From contig CAWBQI010000003.1 in NCBI GenBank assembly GCA_963791055.1, forward strand, positions 804,570 to 868,569: 64,000 bases of DNA. Direction: 5' to 3'. The notes beneath the pieces were generated by a model. That model saw only the letters and a list, made by a program, of their open reading frames with translations. It had not been told where the DNA came from and did not search any database. Shown one piece after another: positions 58,100 to 64,000 of this stretch; within the stretch, counting starts at the first letter, position 1; each line of letters begins with the position of its first letter. The DNA is from an uncultured Phycisphaerales bacterium (lineage in GTDB: Bacteria > Planctomycetota > Phycisphaerae > Tepidisphaerales > Tepidisphaeraceae). The translations under genes were made by a program, and so were the position numbers.

Positions 58100-59494
58100 A
58101 TGGCAAAGGGCAGTTTCGATCTGATAATCATCGGCGCCGGACCCGGTGGATACACCGCCGCCATCCGCGCCGCGCAACTCGGGATGAAAGTCGCCTGCGT
58201 CGAGCGCGAATTCCTCGGCGGCACCTGTCTGAACATCGGCTGCATTCCGTCCAAGGCACTGCTCGACAGTTCGTATCGTTTCTTCGACCTTACGCATCAT
58301 CTCGCCCGCCGCGGCATCAAGGCCCAGAACGCAACCGTCGATCTGCCTGTCATGATGGCGTTCAAGGACGACGTGGTGAAGAAAATGACCGGCGGCGTCG
58401 CGTATCTGTTTCGCAAAAACAAGATCGAGCACCTGATCGGCCAGGGGCGGATCCTCGCGGCCGGCTCTGTTGAAGTCAAAACCCCAAATGGAACCGATAC
58501 CTACGCCGCCAAGAACATCCTGATCGCGACCGGAAGCGCCCCAATCGAGTTGCCCTCGATTCCGTTCGACGGCAAGCAAATCCTTTCCTCCACCCAGGCT
58601 TTGTCGCTCACTGAAGCCCCCAAACGCCTGATGGTAATCGGCGGCGGCTATATCGGCGTCGAGCTTGGAAGCGTTTGGAACCGCCTAGGTTCGGAGGTCC
58701 TGGTCCTGGAATTCTTGCCGGGCATTTTGCCCCCCTCGGACCGCGAAATGGCCGGCGCCCTGCAAAAATCGCTGGAAAAACAGGGCATCAAGTTTCGCTT
58801 CAACGCCATCGCCGATTCCGCGCAGGTCATCGGCCCAAAGGTCCGGGTGAATTTCAAGACCGGAGACGAGACCGGCTCTGAAGAAGTGGACAAGGTCCTG
58901 GTCTGCGTGGGCCGACGCCCCGTGACCGAAGGGCTGGGCCTGAAAGAGGTTGGCGTCGCGTCGGACCGCAAGGGGTTTGTGCTGGTCGATTCGCATTTCG
59001 CCACCAACGTCCCGGGAATTTACGCCATCGGCGACGTCATCGGCGGCTCAATGCTGGCCCACAAGGCTGAAGAGGAAGGCGTCGCCGCCGTGGAGATCAT
59101 GGCCGGCAAACCCGCTCATGTGAATTACGCCGCCTGCCCGGCGGTGGTTTACACGCATCCGGAACTGGCGTCGGTCGGACTCACCGAAGAAGAAGCCGCA
59201 CAACGCGGCCCGATCAAGATCGGCAAATTCCCCTTCACCGCCAACGGCCGGGCCCGCGGAATGGACGAGACCGAAGGATTCGTCAAAGTGATCGGCGACG
59301 CCAAAACCGACCGCCTGCTCGGCGTCCATATCCTCGGTGCGGCCGCCAGCGACATGATCGCCGAAGCCACCCTGGCGATGGAATTCGCCGCCAGCGTGGA
59401 GGATGTGGGCCACGCCTTCCACGCCCATCCAACCATGCCCGAAGCGCTGCGCGAAGCCGCCCTGGCGGCGAACGGCCTGGCGCACCAATTATAA
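58100..59494 (+). CDS. lpdA: dihydrolipoyl dehydrogenase
   Basis: GAGPGGY FAD motif, redox-active CLNIGCIPSK and C-terminal HAHPT interface motif. 464 aa. Confidence 0.95.
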   Translation: MAKGSFDLIIIGAGPGGYTAAIRAAQLGMKVACVEREFLGGTCLNIGCIPSKALLDSSYRFFDLTHHLARRGIKAQNATVDLPVMMAFKDDVVKKMTGGVAYLFRKNKIEHLIGQGRILAAGSVEVKTPNGTDTYAAKNILIATGSAPIELPSIPFDGKQILSSTQALSLTEAPKRLMVIGGGYIGVELGSVWNRLGSEVLVLEFLPGILPPSDREMAGALQKSLEKQGIKFRFNAIADSAQVIGPKVRVNFKTGDETGSEEVDKVLVCVGRRPVTEGLGLKEVGVASDRKGFVLVDSHFATNVPGIYAIGDVIGGSMLAHKAEEEGVAAVEIMAGKPAHVNYAACPAVVYTHPELASVGLTEEEAAQRGPIKIGKFPFTANGRARGMDETEGFVKVIGDAKTDRLLGVHILGAAASDMIAEATLAMEFAASVEDVGHAFHAHPTMPEALREAALAANGLAHQL

Positions 59495-59606
59495 AGCCGC
59501 GGGATGGCCATCCCGCGGGCATTCCGTGCGGCACCAAAAAGCCCGCTTTTCCCGTCGCCGTGCCGGGATACTCGACCTTCGCCAACATCCATACCTACCA
59601 TTATGC

Positions 59607-60647
59607 ATGATCGAGACAATCCTAAATGACGAAGTCGAAATCGAACCCCAGCCGACCGTGGAACAGACCAACGGCGACGAAGAGGCCTTGGACGCCTATT
59701 CCCGCACGGTGGTGAATGCCGCCCGCCTCGCCAGCCCGGCCGTTGTGAATATCGAGGTTCATCACGGCAAGCCCGGAGACAAGCGCGGCGGCGGAAGCGG
59801 CTCCGGATTCATCTTCACGCCTGATGGATTCATTTTGACCAACAGCCACGTGGTCCACGGCGCACAACACATCGAGGCTGGATTGCCCGATGGCCGGCGG
59901 TTCGGCGCCGAACTGGTCGGCGAAGACCCCGATACCGATCTGGCCGTCATTCGCGTCGACGGCCCAAACCTCCCCACCGCCGTCCTTGGCGATTCCGCGA
60001 AGCTCAAGGTCGGCCAACTGGTGGTGGCCATCGGAAACCCCTACGGATTTCAGTACACCGTCACCGCCGGCGTCGTCAGCGGCGTGGCCCGCAGCATACG
60101 GTCGGTCTCCGGCCGACTGGTCGACAACGTAATCCAGACCGACGCGGCATTGAACCCCGGCAACAGCGGTGGCCCGCTGGTCAACGGCCGGGCCGAAATC
60201 GTCGGCGTCAACACCGCCATCATCCGCCCCGCCCAGGGCCTTTGCTTTGCGATCCCCAGCAACACTGCCACCTTCGTGGCCGGTCAACTCCTCCGCTTCG
60301 GCCGCGTGAAACGCAGCTACGTCGGCCTCGGCGGCCAGGACGTCCCGCTGCATCGGCGGATCGTCCGCTTCCACAAACTATCCGCCGACGGCGGCGTGCT
60401 GGTCATCCAGGTTGAGCCCGGCAGCCCCGCCGATCGCGCCGGCGTCCGTGAAGGCGACATCATCGTCGATTTCGACGGCATCCCCATCGCCCACATGGAC
60501 GAACTATACCGCCTGCTGACTGAAGACCGGGTGGGAAAGACCGCGGAGTTGGTCGTACTGCGCGGACTGGAATTGCAGGCACTGATGATTACCCCGGCGG
60601 ATAAAAAATCCGAGACACAGAATTTGAATGATGGATCGGCGAATTAA
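59607..60647 (+). CDS. htrA: HtrA/DegP-family trypsin-like serine protease with PDZ domain
   Basis: Catalytic triad context (TNSHVV, DLAVIRVD, GNSGGPLVN). C-terminal PDZ. The start was moved to the ATG at 59607. Confidence 0.9.
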   Translation: MIETILNDEVEIEPQPTVEQTNGDEEALDAYSRTVVNAARLASPAVVNIEVHHGKPGDKRGGGSGSGFIFTPDGFILTNSHVVHGAQHIEAGLPDGRRFGAELVGEDPDTDLAVIRVDGPNLPTAVLGDSAKLKVGQLVVAIGNPYGFQYTVTAGVVSGVARSIRSVSGRLVDNVIQTDAALNPGNSGGPLVNGRAEIVGVNTAIIRPAQGLCFAIPSNTATFVAGQLLRFGRVKRSYVGLGGQDVPLHRRIVRFHKLSADGGVLVIQVEPGSPADRAGVREGDIIVDFDGIPIAHMDELYRLLTEDRVGKTAELVVLRGLELQALMITPADKKSETQNLNDGSAN

Positions 60648-60709
60648 GATCTGGAATCGAAACAGAAGCCGGTTGGCCAAATTCCAAAAAGGCTATTTCT
60701 GGTTTTTTT

Positions 60710-60770
60710 AATTTCAAATTTCAAATTTCGAATTTGATTCGTCATTCGAATTTCGAGTTTCGGATTTCAG
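60710..60770 (-). repeat. degenerate heptanucleotide array (GAAATTT/CGAAATT units) directly after the stop of the 60777-61154 gene
   Basis: atttcaaatttcaaatttcgaatttgattcgtcattcgaatttcgagtttcggatttcag. Confidence 0.7.
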
Positions 60771-60776
60771 TGGACC

Positions 60777-61380
60777 TTATTCGCTCGCCGGCAACGGCGC
60801 CACCGTGTCCGCCCCCCGCGCCGCGATCAGGACCTCGGTCTTCGGCGGATGCGTCTGCACCCGGTACCCACTGTAAACAATCCACGCATCATATCCGCGT
60901 GTCATCGCGTACCCGCGGACGTGATACATATCGTTCTCCGCTTCAAACCAGCATCGTCCAAGCGAATCGGTCCATTGTCCGATCAACCGGCCGCTGCCGT
61001 CATCGGAACTGGCGTACTGGGCCTTGGCAAACCAGATGAGCGTCTGCGGAGAAAACAGGATCGGCGTATGCATGTAGGCCACGCCCATTCCCACGTGCTT
61101 GTCCGGCGAGCGCCATTGCTGATGGGAATAAATCCAATTGGACGTCAGCGGCAACTGGACCCATTGATCCGGCGGCGCAGGAAACGCGCAGCTTTTGAAT
61201 CAGGTGAAGCGACGAAAGCCCCGATCGATTGATCATCGCCTGGTGCATTTCCAATTCGACCGCTGAAACAGCCTGGATCTGACACCCCACCAGCGTGGCG
61301 ACACTGATGCCGGCGATGAATCTCAGGATTACATGACCGCCTGTGCGCAGGAGGCGATTTCGACAAAAAATTGCGCCCAT
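60777..61380 (-). CDS. hypothetical secreted/lipoprotein-like protein; possibly one gene split by a frameshift (signal peptide in the 61000-61380 frame, body in the 60777-61154 frame)
   Basis: The 61000-61380 frame begins MGAIFCRNRLL...ATLVGC (lipoprotein-like) and then turns junk-like. The 60777-61154 frame is protein-like but starts just after an in-frame stop. Confidence 0.35.
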
Positions 61381-61469
61381 AAACTCTCCATACGCCAGTA
61401 CGGCAAGGGCACACGGAGCGGTTAAAAAGTCGCGAGCGGTTGGTTTTGGGAGAGGCCGGTACTGGCTAA

Positions 61470-62042
61470 CTAATTGCCCGGGGTTTGCGGTCTCCCGACG
61501 CGCGTATGCTCGCGCGCTCGGACCGCGAAGTCAAGTTCTTTCGGGAGGATCTGCCCCGATTTGAGCGTCCCCGCATAAACCGCCCAACCGTCCCAGCCGG
61601 ACACCATCAGGTTTGCCCGAATGACATACAAGCCCCCCTGCGCGACGAACCGAATTCCCGGCAGGCTCGGATCGTCCTGCCTGTAAAAAAGCGTCGCATC
61701 CCCCTCGGTCTTTTTCATCTGGCTGAGGAATGCGGTAAACGCCAGACTCCGCCCCACGGGCAGAGGCATTCGAAAATGGATCACCCCATAAGCGGTCTCA
61801 CCCGTCGGGCTGAGCCAAACCTGATCGTTGTGGTCCGGCGTCGATTTCAGGGCCTGCGCTTTCCACCCGATGGGCGGATCACAAACCGCCTTGACATCTG
61901 GATCGAATAACGGAACGGAAAGACCGACAATGTCGAGGCCGGTTTGCCCGGTGGCAGGCTTCGGGGTCGAGCAACAAGCGGCCATCCCAAACAGCATGGC
62001 CAAAAGCGCGGCAACGAGCGGGTAACGAACCATCCCCGTCAT
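61470..62042 (-). CDS. hypothetical lipoprotein
   Basis: Internal start gives [23 protein letters not shown] (lipobox). 4-nt overlap with rpmE upstream. Confidence 0.5.
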   Translation of the reverse strand: MTGMVRYPLVAALLAMLFGMAACCSTPKPATGQTGLDIVGLSVPLFDPDVKAVCDPPIGWKAQALKSTPDHNDQVWLSPTGETAYGVIHFRMPLPVGRSLAFTAFLSQMKKTEGDATLFYRQDDPSLPGIRFVAQGGLYVIRANLMVSGWDGWAVYAGTLKSGQILPKELDFAVRAREHTRVGRPQTPGN

Positions 62043-62296
62043 TTTTTCGCGACAGCCGGCGCGGCACCCTTTGGGGCGGCGGTTTTCTGGAAGCTGTACG
62101 TTCCCCCGAACTTCTTGCTGAATCGCTCCACCCGTCCGGCCGTATCGACGAATTTCTGCTTGCCAGTGAAAAACGGATGGCACGCGCTGCAAATATCGAC
62201 GTTGATCTTAGCCATCGTGCTGCGCGTGACGAATGTGTTTCCACAGGCGCAGTGGACGTTGCATTTCTGGTAACGGGGATGAATTTTCGGTCTCAC
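62039..62296 (-). CDS. rpmE: 50S ribosomal protein L31 (zinc-ribbon type)
   Basis: GTG start 8 nt after AAGGAG gives MRPKIHPRY... CACGN...[24 protein letters not shown]. Confidence 0.9.
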   Translation of the reverse strand: MRPKIHPRYQKCNVHCACGNTFVTRSTMAKINVDICSACHPFFTGKQKFVDTAGRVERFSKKFGGTYSFQKTAAPKGAAPAVAKK

Positions 62297-62557
62297 GGAC
62301 AAAACTCCTTTTAGCTGGTCGTGCGTAAAGCCAATGGACCCCACGTCAGCCGGCTATTTTGGGCTAAGAACAGTATCAGCGGTAAACGGAAAAGGCAAAC
62401 GAGTCCTTTGAATAGCCTGACATCCAATCAGTAAACCTTCAATCCCGGCGCGGCCTGCCGACTTTAGTCGGCAGGGATCGCAATTATTCAAAGGTCTCAA
62501 ACGCCTTGGCAATCGAATATTTCCGCGTTGACCCCGATTCAGGCATAATGCCCCACC

Positions 62558-64000
62558 ATGGCGAGGCCAATACGAGGCATACGAGGCGGTAAAACGGCTA
62601 GGGGTTCGTCGAGCTCAACCCCCTTCCCCGAGGCGACCAAGGCAACACCGGTCCCCGCCCCGGAAGCGGATTCGAATCAACAACCCCTGCTCTTCGAGAT
62701 CGGCTGGGAAGTCTGCTGGCAGCTCGGCGGCATCTACACCGTTCTGCGCTCCAAGGCTCCGGCCATGCTGGAGCGCTGGGGCGAGCGATATTTTCTGATC
62801 GGTCCCTACAACCCGCAAACCGCCGCGGTGGAATTTGAAGAGCAGGCCACCGACGGGTTCATCCGCAAGACGCTCGACCGGCTGCGCGACGAGGGGATCG
62901 GATGCCATTTCGGCCGTTGGCTCGATCCCCGGCCGGCCGAAGGTCATTCTGCTCGATTATCGCGGCCGGTATTCGAATCTCGATCAGGACAAATATCTCC
63001 TGTGGAAAGATCACGGCATCTCCACCGTGGCCGACGATGGCGAAGTGAACGAGGTCGTCGCGTTCGGGTTTACGGTCGCCGAATTTTTCGCCGCACTGAC
63101 GGACGAACTTGGCGGGTCGACGCCGGTGATCGCCCATTTCCATGAATGGATGGCCGGCGTGGCCGTGCCGCGGATCCGCCATCTGAAGCTGCCCGTCGCC
63201 ACGGTCTTCACGACCCACGCGACGCTGCTCGGCCGATATCTGGCCAGCGACAACCCCGAGTTTTACAACCATCTGCCCTTCATCAACGCCGATGAACAAG
63301 CCGGGAAATACAACATCTATCCCCGCTTCGCCATCGAGCGGGCCGCGGCCCATGCTGCGACGGTCTTCACCACCGTCAGCCAGGTCACCAGCTTCGAGGC
63401 CGAAAAACTGCTGGGCCGGCCGCCCGACCTGATTCTCCCCAACGGCCTGAACCTCCAGCGCTTCGCCGCGTTGCACGAATTCCAGAATCTGCATCGCGAG
63501 TACAAGGAGACGATCCACGAATTCGTCATGGGGCATTTTTTCCCGAGCTACACCTTCGATCTCGACAGCACGCTCTACTTTTTCACCAGCGGGCGATACG
63601 AATATCGCAACAAGGGAATGGACCTGTTCATCGAGGCGCTGTACCGCCTCAACCAGCGGCTCCGGGAATTGACCGATCGGCCGACCATCGTCGCGTTCAT
63701 CGTCACCAAGGCCGCCACGCGAAACATCAACGTCTGCGCGCTTCAGAGCCAGTCGATGTTCGAGGAGCTTGCACAAGACCTGCGAGCAGATCGAGGAGCA
63801 GATGGGCCGGCGCCTGTTCCGCGGCGCCGTCAACGGGCGCATCACTGCCGGACGAACTGCTGGACGAAGACGAACGGGTTCGGCTCAAGCAGGCGATCTA
63901 CGCCTGGCGCACCGGCCGCCAGCCGCCGATCGTCACGCACGACCTCATCGACGATGCCAACGATCCGATCCTCCAGCACCTTCGCCATCGCGGGCTGTTC
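62558..64000 (+). pseudogene. GT3 eukaryotic-type glycogen synthase-like alpha-glucan synthase, 5' part; 3 apparent frameshifts (about 62920, about 63775, about 63835); runs off the window end
   Basis: LLFEIGWEVCWQLGGIYTVLRSKA and GRWL|IPGRPKVILLDY...HFHEWMAGVA...; later ...IVAFIVTKAATRNINV... and ...LPDELLDEDERVRLKQAIYAWRTGRQPPIVTHDLIDDANDPIL lie in three different frames. Confidence 0.75.

Noticed and set aside
62859-63845. 328-aa minus-strand ORF
   Set aside because: Antisense to the GT3 glycogen-synthase-like gene.

Overview
High-GC bacterial window, most likely Planctomycetota: it carries a DUF1559 prepilin-like protein, an ECF sigma factor with a transmembrane C-terminal extension, and many 4-nt overlapping gene pairs. 

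Housekeeping genes present are sucD, cobA-hemD, panE, pstSCA, pyrF, murD, lpdA, htrA, rpmE, tatC, dps, an Fe/solute ABC importer, an APC permease, MOSC and Clp-N proteins. 

(1) An envelope-glycosylation-like island at 7.5-23.2 kb has a phosphodiester glycosidase translationally coupled to a Dpm1-like GT2, a TPR-GT41 (OGT/SPINDLY-like) protein, and a DegT aminotransferase. It also has a DUF1559 pilin-like protein and a tandem duplication of a two-module polytopic membrane protein, once fused (753 aa) and once split (about 400 aa + 519 aa), with a strictly conserved GD(F/Y)D(M/L)DYPP(M/L)RL loop motif. I rate this duplication the best candidate for an undescribed system. 

(2) There are three type II toxin-antitoxin pairs (BrnTA, ParE-like, HigBA). 

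(3) An accessory low-GC island at 33.7-37.1 kb contains an IS110-family transposase. 

(4) A second lipid-linked aminosugar operon (DegT/ArnB-like, LAB_N, ArnC-like GT2, EEP, Uma2) lies at 54.2-58.0 kb. 

(5) The intergenic space is unusually rich in structured repeats: a roughly 250-nt dispersed repeat family with 5 copies and compensatory base changes in a hairpin, a 275-bp inverted-duplication hairpin, AT-rich heptanucleotide arrays 7-13 nt after stop codons, and a repeated terminator-like C-run/G-run element. 

(6) There are at least 15 apparent frameshifts. DegT, an SPFH/flotillin-like gene, tatC, GH57, two GT3 glycogen-synthase-like genes and others are interrupted, mostly at short homopolymers. 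These are either uncorrected long-read indel errors or real pseudogenization, with the alpha-glucan genes hit hardest, and they must be checked against reads. 

No rRNA, tRNA or CRISPR was found.
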